Assembly: GCA_000512675.1 (NCBI GenBank)
Contig: AXCJ01000009.1
Location: 14,809-78,808 of the forward strand
Reading direction: 5' to 3'
DNA length: 64,000 nt
From: Candidatus Xenolissoclinum pacificiensis L6
GTDB lineage: Bacteria > Pseudomonadota > Alphaproteobacteria > Rickettsiales > Anaplasmataceae
This document shows, piece after piece, positions 40,307 to 50,306 of this stretch (positions are counted from its first letter, which is position 1; the number at the start of each line of letters is the position of its first letter). Made by a program: the position numbers and the translations under genes. Under the pieces are notes generated by a model, which saw nothing but the letters and a program-made list of their open reading frames with translations, ran no database searches and was not told the DNA's origin.

Positions 40307-40826
40307 ATAAAAGTTTGACTCACTGCAAGAAAAATAAAAGTTATCAATTTTGTAAATAAATATATAAATGATTGATTATTCTTCTTCAATAATTCTGCAT
40401 AATATGATGCTAATACACGGAACTCTTTCAGAAATTTATCTCTTACATGAACATCATCTGTAAAATGAAGAAAGAAGTTGAATAGAAAAACAAATATATT
40501 GAGTTTTGCCTTGTAGAATATAATATATAAGTCTATGGCAAACAGAAATTATACTCCACTTCAATCATAGGAGCATATTCACATGCTCTAACAATAAAAA
40601 ACATAACAAATAAAGCATAAAATCTTATAAGAAGTTTCTCAAATATCATCTAATTTTTCTATAAAGATAGAAAGTTGATCAAGAAAATAGGTGCAAATAC
40701 AAAACCTGACTCCATCCAAAAGACACAAAATAGTAATCATCACACCACCAAACAATCCCATAGTTAGTCTTACGACTAAACATTATTATTCATAGATATT
40801 CATTTCTCATGAAAAGATCATATGGA

Positions 40827-41284
40827 TTAGGCAACCCTAATTAGCTAATCTGAAAGAAAATGTTATCATTACTATCAAGATATACTAGGGACAAATGGTA
40901 ATAAATGATAAGTGTTGGAACAAATTAAAAGCATTGCTTCCGAAGAGAGGAAATCATGTATTCCTGGAAGCAGTATGCTAGATTTTCCGAGCGTCAGGAT
41001 TTACCCAAGGACGGTATATGATAGATATAACACTTGGTCTAAGAAAGACATCTAGATAATATAAATTAAAAAAAGGTGGAAATCAAGAATTACATATGCT
41101 TGATTCATCATAGTCAAAATACATCAAAATGCAAGTGTCTTGCCAAAGGCATCTGAAGATATTGGAAGATCAGCAGGTGGATGAACTGAAAAGATTCATG
41201 TTAAAGTCAATTTTTAATTCCTAGTCAACTCATGATAGTCAATTAGTAAATCATTTATTTTCAAATGCAAGATATAAACATTTG
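40827..41284 (+). mobile_element. IS-B relic, 5' half, truncated by IS-A insertion
   Basis: Starts ttaggcaaccctaattagctaatctgaaagaaa, colinear with 49359-49880. Ends at the CTAG where IS-A' begins. Confidence 0.65.
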
Positions 41285-42103
41285 CTAGGTTCTGTTTACA
41301 TAAGGAAAAGAAAGTTTTAAGTGATAAAGTAGGAATATAAAAAAGGGATAATGAAATTATTACATATAAAAAGCAAACTCCCTGTGACAGATTATCACCA
41401 AAATCAAGAGAATGGCAATTTATTGCCAGAAAGTTGAATGGAATAAAATGGATTAGAAAGTCAGGTAATTTACGACTAGAGGGAGCATACTTATATATTG
41501 AGAGGGGAATATCAATGGAGATTTTTGAAAAGTATATGGAAAATGGGGTTATCAACGTTTTAGTAGATGGAAAGCCAAAGGTATATAGGCAAGTCTGTTT
41601 AGAAAGATGGAATATATGGCAGATTTACAAGAAGTAATGATAGTGCTGTAGTAAGAGCATACGCTTGTGCATCAAATTATGGAAATAATGCAGAAGGTTT
41701 AGGAATATCTAAAGGAGGGGATTACTTCTAAATAGTAGATGAATTAGGCACTTCATTAAAATTTACTATTACTGGAGGAAATAGAAATGATATTATCAAG
41801 GCAGAGGCTTTGACTATCAAAGAGGCCATTGCAGATAAAAGCTATGATAGTCAGAGGTTTCGTGAGTATTTAGATGGTAAAAAATGTAAAATCGTTATTC
41901 CACCGCGTAAAAACAGGAAAATACATTATAAATATGACAAATATATCTATAAAGAAAGACACTTAGTAGAGCGTTACTTCAGTAAAATCAAACACTTTAG
42001 ACGGATATTATCTCGTTCCGACAACTCTAAGTCCTCTTTTCGGGCTTTTATTGATTTTGCTTCCACCTTAATATACCTTCGTTGATCCCTATGTGAACAG
42101 AAC
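41285..42103 (+). mobile_element. IS-A': second, diverged IS5-family (IS427-like) copy, inactivated
   Basis: IRs gttctgtttacat (41289-41301) and atgtgaacagaac (42091-42103); CTAG on the left flank only. Track ORF 41810..42085 (ADKSYDSQRFREYL...IPPRKNRK...YKERHLVERYFSKIKHFRRI). The N-terminal half is broken. Confidence 0.75.
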
Positions 42104-42189
42104 AAGCTTATGATATTGTTGTATCTATTACTTTTGTTCACGGCGCAAATGTTGGAGACATTAACTAATATAGGCATGCATAACAGATG

Positions 42190-42720
42190 ACGCTATGAAA
42201 AAAGGATAAAAAAAGGTGTATAATAGGAAACAGAAATATTATTGCCAGAATGCTATTGTAGTATAATAAATAAAAAGGAATCAGCATCGATCAAAGGAAA
42301 GGCATTGGAAATGTATTTAGGATTTAAGGATATTGGAAGGATTTTTGGTTTCAGTAATGTAGTAATACTGAACTGAATAAAATATTTTGGAGAAATAGAT
42401 AAAAACAATGTGATGCTTTCTAAGCAAGAGTCCAAAAAAATGCATGAAATGCACACCTATATTGGACAAAGATCTTGGATCCGCAGTATGTAGAAAAGAG
42501 ACATGCTTCGTGAACTTTGCAATAGGATCCAGAGAATTTTCATGAGATTATAAGTAAAAATAAAGAAATGTGTTCTGGGATTATGATGACAGATTATTGG
42601 CATACATATTGCAAGTTCATTCCAAATAATGAGCATATTCACTAAACCTCCTATGAAGTTACTGTAGCACTGAAAAAGAAGCAAAGTACATACCTTAGAA
42701 ATATACAAAGAATTTTATAA
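42190..42720 (+). mobile_element. IS1-family-like transposase relic
   Basis: The stop-riddled frame reads CPECYCS...KGKALEMYLGFKDIGRIFGFSNVVILN.IKYFGE...MHEMHTYIGQ...DYWHTYCKFIPNNEHI...SYEVTVALKKKQSTYL. The order of zinc-finger, HTH and DDE segments resembles IS1-family transposases. Boundaries approximate. Confidence 0.45.
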
Positions 42721-42973
42721 TCATTCGAGTAATCAAATCCTAATAATATCGATATCCATTAACCAATCCAAAAGCAAATTACAGTTTTGAGTATCACTTG
42801 ATTTGGCAATTTTAATTTCCACAGGATATCTAGTCTAAATCTGAGACCTATACTGTTGAAGGCTATAATTCAATTATTCTGCCAGAATGTACAGGAAAAC
42901 TAAATGTTAGTCTAAATATATTCTCATTCTCGAATACTCTTACTTATTTGTAAATGGAATAGAATTGATATAT

Positions 42974-44479
42974 TTAATTAGCAATACCATGGAACTCTAA
43001 TAATGACTTACCAACCATACAACTTGGCACAGATACCCCTAGTAAAGATAATACTGTAGGAGCAACATCAATCAGAGAACCATTCAACACATTAACTTGT
43101 TTCTTCATCCCCCCAATAAAGAAAAAAGGAACTCTATTCAACGTATGCGAAGTACGTGGTATGTGACTTATAAGATCATACATTTCCTCAGCATTTCCAT
43201 GATCAGAAGTTAAGCAAATTGAATATCCATTTTCTTTTGAAGCATGATAGATGCTCTGCAAACATGAATCAAGACACTGTATAGCTTGTATAGTAGCAGA
43301 TAAATTCCCTGTATGTCCCACCATATCTGCATTAGCAAAATTTAATAATATGAAATCAAATTTCTGTGTACTAATATTTTCAACAACTTTCTTTGTAACC
43401 ATATTAGCAGACATATGCGGTAATAGATCATATGTTACCACCTTGGGAGAAGGAACCAATATTCTCTCTTCCCCAATATATGGTCGCTCTCTCTTCGCAT
43501 TAAAAAAGAATGTTACATGAGGATGCTTCTCAGTCTCAGCAATCCTTAATTGTTTTAATCCAGCACTGGAAATAACTTCCCCTAATGTATTGGAGTATTT
43601 TTCTATATCTAACATAGACGGTAATGTTATATCATCAAAATAACTCTTAACCCCTAAAAAACAAACATCTGGTACCTTCTGAACACAATTATAAGAAAAT
43701 GATAATATTTCACTAATAAATTGTCGAACTCTATCCTGACGAAAATTAGCACATATAAACAAATCTCCTGGTTGCATCCCCGCATAATCTCGAACTGTAC
43801 ATGGCTCTAAAAATTCGTCGGTAATACCTTCAGCGTATTGTTCATCTATATAAGCATTCAAGTCATTTATATTACGACTCGTTGCAGAAACTATTGCACC
43901 ATAACTTCTTGATATTCTATCCCAATTCTCATCCCGATCCATCGCATAGTAACGACCAGAAATTGTCGCATAATTGTAATTTGGTTTAATAAAACGCTTA
44001 ATAGACATAGGATCTGTATCACGACCATCTGCCACTATATGAATATATGGTCTCTTATTAGTATACTGGTTACAGTAATCATATATTCTATATATATGAT
44101 CAGCATGAGAATGTACTCCACCATCGGATAATAAACCAAATATGTGAATATGCCTATTATGATCAAATTTATCTAGAATAGCGCGCAATCTCTCTGGATT
44201 ATCAAGAACTCTGTCGACGCGTAACAGATCTCCTTCTGGTATACGACCAATCCCCATAGTCAGATGACCAACCTCAGAATTTCCCATTTGATTCTTAGGA
44301 AGTCCTACATACTCACCCGAAGCATGTAACAATGAACAAGGGTAATTATCGTATAAATAATCAACAAAAGGTGTTTTAGCAAGGTTAATTGCATTATTTT
44401 CATGCTCTTCAGATATACCCCACCCATCCAAAACAATCAATATTGTTTTAACACACTTTCCTTTTATGTTTTTTGACAT
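42974..44479 (-). CDS. gpmI: 2,3-bisphosphoglycerate-independent phosphoglycerate mutase
   Basis: Motifs VLDGWG, GNSEVGHLTMG, ADGRDT, NFANADMVGHTG, TSDHGNAE; 501 aa. Confidence 0.95.
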   Translation of the reverse strand: MSKNIKGKCVKTILIVLDGWGISEEHENNAINLAKTPFVDYLYDNYPCSLLHASGEYVGLPKNQMGNSEVGHLTMGIGRIPEGDLLRVDRVLDNPERLRAILDKFDHNRHIHIFGLLSDGGVHSHADHIYRIYDYCNQYTNKRPYIHIVADGRDTDPMSIKRFIKPNYNYATISGRYYAMDRDENWDRISRSYGAIVSATSRNINDLNAYIDEQYAEGITDEFLEPCTVRDYAGMQPGDLFICANFRQDRVRQFISEILSFSYNCVQKVPDVCFLGVKSYFDDITLPSMLDIEKYSNTLGEVISSAGLKQLRIAETEKHPHVTFFFNAKRERPYIGEERILVPSPKVVTYDLLPHMSANMVTKKVVENISTQKFDFILLNFANADMVGHTGNLSATIQAIQCLDSCLQSIYHASKENGYSICLTSDHGNAEEMYDLISHIPRTSHTLNRVPFFFIGGMKKQVNVLNGSLIDVAPTVLSLLGVSVPSCMVGKSLLEFHGIAN

Positions 44480-45119
44480 CAGAAATTAAATATTTATGAA
44501 GATCGGAATTCGTATCTAGTTTCATAATCACTGCACATGAGTTTTTGTTATCGCCCAACTTATGAAGAGCTAAAGACAACTTATATAACGCAACCTGAGA
44601 TTTCTTACCTGTTATATCAGACCTATAACAATCAATATAATTTATTGTTGCAGCTTTATAATTGGCCCGAGATAAGGTTAGTATATCCTCTTTCTCTTGA
44701 GACATAGCAGAAAAGGATCTTTTGGCATCAGACTCCAAGAAAACAGCCCTTGCCCAATATATCTCAGCCAACCAATATCTAGCCCCAGTCACAAGCTCAT
44801 GATCAGGATACTTCTGTATAAAGTTTAAAAACAATATTTCTGCTTTTTCCCTACGCCAACTATCATGCTGTCTTAACGTAGTCAGAGCTTTCTCATATTC
44901 CTCAGTTGGAGAGATCCCAGAATATACTCCATTTTCTCCTATAAAATCCAAATCTGACACCTTACCCCTTTCAATATGAAAGTCTCTATAAAGAGTATCA
45001 ACCTTACGCTCTAAGTTAGTAAGACGACTCTCCACAGTACCAGATCTGTCATATGAATAAACAGAGACCGGTACTATAAAAATAAGACATACACAACATT
45101 TCAACAAAATACTACGCAT
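44448..45119 (-). CDS. ybgF: Tol-Pal system protein YbgF/CpoB-like (TPR)
   Basis: Signal peptide, N-terminal coiled coil (LTNLERKVDTLYRD). TPR-like C-terminal half (FIQKYPDHELVTGARYWLAEIYW; ALYKLSLALHKLGDNKNS). Immediately downstream of pal. Confidence 0.7.
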   Translation of the reverse strand: MRSILLKCCVCLIFIVPVSVYSYDRSGTVESRLTNLERKVDTLYRDFHIERGKVSDLDFIGENGVYSGISPTEEYEKALTTLRQHDSWRREKAEILFLNFIQKYPDHELVTGARYWLAEIYWARAVFLESDAKRSFSAMSQEKEDILTLSRANYKAATINYIDCYRSDITGKKSQVALYKLSLALHKLGDNKNSCAVIMKLDTNSDLHKYLISDVKKHKRKVC

Positions 45120-45130
45120 GCGGTAAAGAT

Positions 45131-45829
45131 CTACTGGTTACACATTGAAGCATGAACAACAGCAATATCAGTTCTACGATCCATTGCACGAATAGAATCA
45201 AGTGTTGTATCCTGAGCTTCAGTACTACCGAATGAATTCACACAGAACAAATCGCTCACCATTTTCTCTACATCAGAAAGCGTTGTATAAGAATTCTGAA
45301 CCCCTTCATCCATAGACATAGAAGCATCAGAATTCATCAACTCATCAACTATTACACTATGCAAATAATCACGCACAGCATTTGCTCTCCTGTACCCTAA
45401 AGCAATATTATAGACTCCTGTACCACGTATATCACAATAGCCATTGAAAGTTATGCGCAAATCACTATCTAATTTCAGCACACCACTTCTAATCATGCTC
45501 GCTATACATGCTGCAGATTCATCCAACACCGGCTGAGTCATAAGACTAGGATTATTCATAATCTTAAAGAAAATATCTGAAGAATCAAATCGGAAGAAAA
45601 AAGAAGCAATATCCATCGGTATCATATCCATAACGTTCATCATATCATAACTATCTCCAATAGGAAGACATTTATTATAGGCATCTGTCACAAGATACTC
45701 CTGCATCTCCCCTCCCTCATTAGATACATCCGGATTTATTTCATCCTCCCGGTCACAAGACGCAGCCGAAAGAACCATCACAAACGCTGTACTACACAAC
45801 ATTAAAGTTAATTTTCTAAAAAATTTCAT
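45131..45829 (-). CDS. pal: peptidoglycan-associated lipoprotein (OmpA family)
   Basis: Lipobox-like LSAASC. C-terminal OmpA-like motifs GYCDIRGTGVYNIALGYRRANAVRDYL and DRRTDIAV. An unusually long insert lies between them. Confidence 0.7.
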   Translation of the reverse strand: MKFFRKLTLMLCSTAFVMVLSAASCDREDEINPDVSNEGGEMQEYLVTDAYNKCLPIGDSYDMMNVMDMIPMDIASFFFRFDSSDIFFKIMNNPSLMTQPVLDESAACIASMIRSGVLKLDSDLRITFNGYCDIRGTGVYNIALGYRRANAVRDYLHSVIVDELMNSDASMSMDEGVQNSYTTLSDVEKMVSDLFCVNSFGSTEAQDTTLDSIRAMDRRTDIAVVHASMCNQ

Positions 45830-46217
45830 ACGAGACCCCCCTCAATATAATTCAAACACATAATGATTTTCTATCATTTACTTACAAAACAAATGCAATA
45901 TAGGTAGAAACCACTTTAAAAGACAAACTACGCCGAAAGTATAATGCATAACAAAACAAATTGGAATAGACCTTTTCAGATATATTTACTATAACCAATA
46001 GGCAAATTCAGTATAATATACATCGATATTAGTTTATAAATAGTTAAACACCTTTCTTTATCTTAACCATGATCTGTTCACTTCCTGACAACACCACCTC
46101 GAAGTATTCAGTATTAATAAACATATAAAGTCGGAATACATATTTACAAAGATTATTGATCATATGTAATAAATTTATGGAGATAATTGAAATATTAGTT
46201 GTGAATGATTAATCAAT

Positions 46218-47393
46218 TTAGTTACTTTTTTTCTTGATCTTGATTGTAACATATGCCTTCAAATCCATCACAGTTCCTCCGAAACGTTTAGTAGCATGAA
46301 GTATAATATTGGGCTTGCTAGTATACGGATCAAATAGTATATCTAACGATTGTCTATCAGCAATCAGATAATACTTCTTCAAATTAAATATCCCAATCGG
46401 ATGTACAATATTACGATCTTCGTCTAGTGTAGTATTATAAGGCAAAATATCCGCCGAAGAAAATACTGGTATCCCCAATAAAGTCTCCGGCATAGTCTGA
46501 GATTGTGGTTCCCACAAATATTGTCCAGTACTTAATTTTAAAGAACGTACATGTCTTAATGTCAGAGGATGCATAAGCATCTGAGCCCCTTCTAAATACA
46601 AGGGAGATATCTTATAATAAAGCTCTAATATAAGATCTCCTGTAATCTCTTGATGATCATTAATCTCTAGCTCTTGTTCTGTATCATAACTTACGCTAGG
46701 GAAAATTGATCTAGGATACTCTTCACTTAACATTTGCGCTCTTAAAAAAGTATCGTTTTCTTTCAATGCCATATGCCATGCTAATTGATCTGTAAACCAT
46801 GACATCATATTAAAACCAGGATCTAAAATATATTCTTTAGGTACCGTTATAATTGAGTTCAGACAATTTATCGACATTGTAGTAGTTTTTTGTGGAAAAT
46901 CAAGCTCTCGTACACCTTCATGCCCCCAAAAAGCATTAATACCGTCTGCCTTCTCATGTGAAGGAGGAATCAAAATACTCATATTACCTGCATCTGTCTT
47001 AATAACATGTGCATACTTTCTTACCCGCACTAGATCTTGGATCTTATTCTCTAATGTCGAGTAAAAATCTCTACTTATTAAGTGCTGTCTATCAAAAATT
47101 CCTGTCATTCCATCTCCAGTGGGATTAAAAGCCTGTTTTATATACATAGACTGTTCTGCTTCTTTCTGTGCATCATGCATGATATCAGGACGCCTCTTAT
47201 AGTTCTCAAGTATATTAATTCTATCAGTCACTTTAACAATCTCATCATTAATTCTTGACATCTTCTCCTCTAAATCACCAGTGTGGGCTACCTGTTCCTC
47301 AATTAATTTTAGCCGTTTATCATTAATCTCGCGGAATTCATGCCACATACCGTTTAAAGTATCAATATTCTTTTTTATTTCTAACATAGTCAT
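46218..47393 (-). CDS. phage/GTA major capsid protein, HK97 family
   Basis: 391 aa. N-terminal coiled-coil delta-like region (WHEFREINDKRLKLIEEQV), LLGIPV motif (ETLLGIPVFSSADI). Length and layout match HK97-fold capsids conserved as GTA relics in alphaproteobacteria. Confidence 0.75.
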   Translation of the reverse strand: MTMLEIKKNIDTLNGMWHEFREINDKRLKLIEEQVAHTGDLEEKMSRINDEIVKVTDRINILENYKRRPDIMHDAQKEAEQSMYIKQAFNPTGDGMTGIFDRQHLISRDFYSTLENKIQDLVRVRKYAHVIKTDAGNMSILIPPSHEKADGINAFWGHEGVRELDFPQKTTTMSINCLNSIITVPKEYILDPGFNMMSWFTDQLAWHMALKENDTFLRAQMLSEEYPRSIFPSVSYDTEQELEINDHQEITGDLILELYYKISPLYLEGAQMLMHPLTLRHVRSLKLSTGQYLWEPQSQTMPETLLGIPVFSSADILPYNTTLDEDRNIVHPIGIFNLKKYYLIADRQSLDILFDPYTSKPNIILHATKRFGGTVMDLKAYVTIKIKKKSN

Positions 47394-47489
47394 ATGTAAT
47401 AATATTTTATTATGTTTTAATATTATACCTATTGCATATATAACCAGTAAGCATTACCTTTTCTTAAGTTATCTTAATAATTATTCTCA

Positions 47490-49001
47490 ATGTACTCTTC
47501 TGTAAAAACAGTTGTTTTTATGGGTATAAAATGCCTAACCGTAGAAGTACAATGCTCATTGTCTGCAGGTATACCATCCTTTAACATCGTAGGCTTGCCA
47601 GGAAAATCAGTTGCTGAATCTAAGGAAAGAGTACGTTATGCCTTATCTAATACAGGCATCCAATTACCATCAAAAAAAATTATTATTAACCTATCTCCTT
47701 CTGATATACCAAAACAAGGAACGCATTATGACCTGCCAATCGCATTAAGCATATTAGTAATATTAAAGAAAATTCCTGAAATATACGATTCATATTTTGT
47801 AATCGGTGAACTCTCTTTAGATGGATCAGTAATATCAACACGAGGAATAATAGCAGCACTATTGTATGTACAAAATCAATGTGGAGTCATCATTCCTTAC
47901 CAAAACAACCCCTTGATACCAAATAATGACCGCTTAATCATGGCTAAAAATCTGCAAGAAATTATTACAAGATTATGTGCCAAAAATATCATATATGATA
48001 CAATAAGCAATGAAAATATTCCGGCATCTAACACAGCAAAAGTCATTACACTTGATGATATCAAGGGACAACATGTTGCAAAAAGATCATTAATTATCTC
48101 AGTATCCGGTAATCATCATTTACTTTTAATCGGCACACCTGGAAGTGGTAAAACATTATTAGCAAAGAGTAGTATATCTCTGCTACCAGAATTAAGTAAG
48201 GAAGAATATATCTTGATCAACCAAATATACAATCTCTCAAACGCATATAATGAACCATTGCAAGTAATTAGACCTTTTAGAGAGCCTCATCATTCTGCGT
48301 CAATGGCTTCCATAATAGGCGGAGGAAAATTTGCACAACCTGGAGAAATAGTATTGGCTAATAACGGAATATTATTTTTAGATGAATTAGCAGAATTTCC
48401 TAGTAATATTATTGACGCACTACGTCAACCTTTAGAAAACAAAACTATTACCATTAATAGAGTTGATTATAAATGTTCATATCCCTGCAAATTTCAACTA
48501 ATTGCAGCTATGAATCCATGTAAATGTGGTTATTTTGGCAATCAAGAACAACAGTGTAAAAGAGCTCCAAGTTGCGCTATAGAATATCAACAAAAAGTGT
48601 CTACACCATTCATGGATAGAATAGATATAAAAGTATATGTCCCAGAACTATCTTTTCAAGAAATGCATAGAAGTGAAAAATCAGAATTATCACTTCAAAA
48701 AATCAAAGAAGCTATATATAACGCTCATCAAATACAACAGAATCGTTATCAGGATTTTGATTTCAAATTTAATGCAGAGATTCCTAACTTCCTAACAGAG
48801 GAGATATGCCCCATAAATGAGGCATCTAAAAAATTACTCGAAAAAGCATATAACCAATCAATATTCTCCGCAAGGTCATATCATAAGATACTGAGAGTTG
48901 CTCGTACAATTGCTGACTTAGATGCATCACAAAATATCGAATATTCTCATATTTGTGAAGCTCTGAGTTTTAGTCGCACCATACAACAAAATAAGCTCTG
49001 A
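47490..49001 (+). CDS. YifB/ComM family Mg-chelatase-like ATPase
   Basis: N-terminal Lon-like domain (VEVQCSLSAGIPSFNIVGLPGKSVAESKERV), Walker A GTPGSGKT, Walker B LFLDELAEF, Cys-rich insert, C-terminal helical domain. Confidence 0.9.
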   Translation: MYSSVKTVVFMGIKCLTVEVQCSLSAGIPSFNIVGLPGKSVAESKERVRYALSNTGIQLPSKKIIINLSPSDIPKQGTHYDLPIALSILVILKKIPEIYDSYFVIGELSLDGSVISTRGIIAALLYVQNQCGVIIPYQNNPLIPNNDRLIMAKNLQEIITRLCAKNIIYDTISNENIPASNTAKVITLDDIKGQHVAKRSLIISVSGNHHLLLIGTPGSGKTLLAKSSISLLPELSKEEYILINQIYNLSNAYNEPLQVIRPFREPHHSASMASIIGGGKFAQPGEIVLANNGILFLDELAEFPSNIIDALRQPLENKTITINRVDYKCSYPCKFQLIAAMNPCKCGYFGNQEQQCKRAPSCAIEYQQKVSTPFMDRIDIKVYVPELSFQEMHRSEKSELSLQKIKEAIYNAHQIQQNRYQDFDFKFNAEIPNFLTEEICPINEASKKLLEKAYNQSIFSARSYHKILRVARTIADLDASQNIEYSHICEALSFSRTIQQNKL

Positions 49002-49358
49002 TTCAATTTCACATAATCTAATCACAAGAATTCCCATACAAAAATATATTTAAAAATTCTTTGTTCATAAAGGTAATATCAGTACATCAATTATATTAAT
49101 TAGAATATAACATTTATAGATATACTCACTATTCATCAAATAATTCGGTTAATTTTTCTATATACTTTGTCATATCTGGCATATATACCATATACATATT
49201 TATTGTATCATCAACTGTAGATTATCACCTTCTCATACACACTAACTAGACTTATCTTTATCACAGCTTATACAAAAATCACAACAGTTTCTCTTATGCA
49301 ATAGTTATTGATTATATCCTGAAACAACTTGTTACAGCTATGAACAGCATCAATTCTA

Positions 49359-50217
49359 CTAGGCATGATTCCTAATTAGCGAATCTGAAAGAAGGTGTTA
49401 TAATTAGTATCAAGATAAACCAAAAAACCATGGGACAAATAGTAATAGACGATAATTATTGGGCAAACTAAAATCATTGCTTCCAGTAATAAGAAAAGGG
49501 AATAATATATTCCTGGACGGAGTAGAGTTTGCGAACTGGAGATCCATGTAGGGATTTACCTAAGGAATATGGTAGTTGGAAGACAGTATATAATAAATAT
49601 AACAATTGGTATAAGAAAGGATATTTAGATGAAATACTGATGGAATTAAAAAAGATGGAGATCAAGAATTACACATAGTGGATGTGTCTATAGTGAAAGT
49701 GAATCAAAATGCACTGCAATTACCTTGTCAAAAGAATCTGAATAGATTGGCAGATCAGCAGGTAATTTAACTTCAAAAATCTATGTTAAAATCAATTCTT
49801 ACAGACAGTTTTAAGTCCTGGTCAACCCATGAGAGTCAATTAGTAAATCATTTATTTACAAATGAAAAATGTAAATATTTTCTGGCAGATAGAGCTTATA
49901 ATACTAATTTACTGAAAGACAAGTTAAAAAGTAGCAATATTGAAGCAGTAATCCCTGAAAAATTCACCGTTTGCGCAAAATTATTCATAATACTAATCTT
50001 TATCAATCACGTAACATAGTAGAACGTTTCTTTCAAAAGATAAAAAGATTTCGCAGACTTGCTACTCTGCAAAAATTTGTCAGCGTCTACAGATAAAGTT
50101 AAGATAGAATCCATTGATATACAATCTTACTCATAATTGGTTTGTCTATCTACAGTAATCACTCCCTTAAAACAACATGTGTAAAATTTTGATATAAAAT
50201 AATATGATAATGCCTTA
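49359..50217 (+). mobile_element. IS-B: most complete copy (IS5 family), transposase inactivated
   Basis: Frames read ...DLPKEYGSWKTVYNKYNNWYKKGYLDEIL...GDQELHIVDVSIVKVNQNA... and track ORF 49783..50019 (ADRAYNTNLLKDKLKSSNIEAVIPEK), then NIVERFFQKIKRFR. Interrupted by stops. Left end ctaggca; right end approximate (tgccttaa near 50211). Confidence 0.65.
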
Positions 50218-50306
50218 ATTGGTAGATAATGCTTAATAAATTTACTACGATCTGCAACATTACATCAATAAAAAATCAGCAAACAATATAACAGTCATAT
50301 ATTTCC

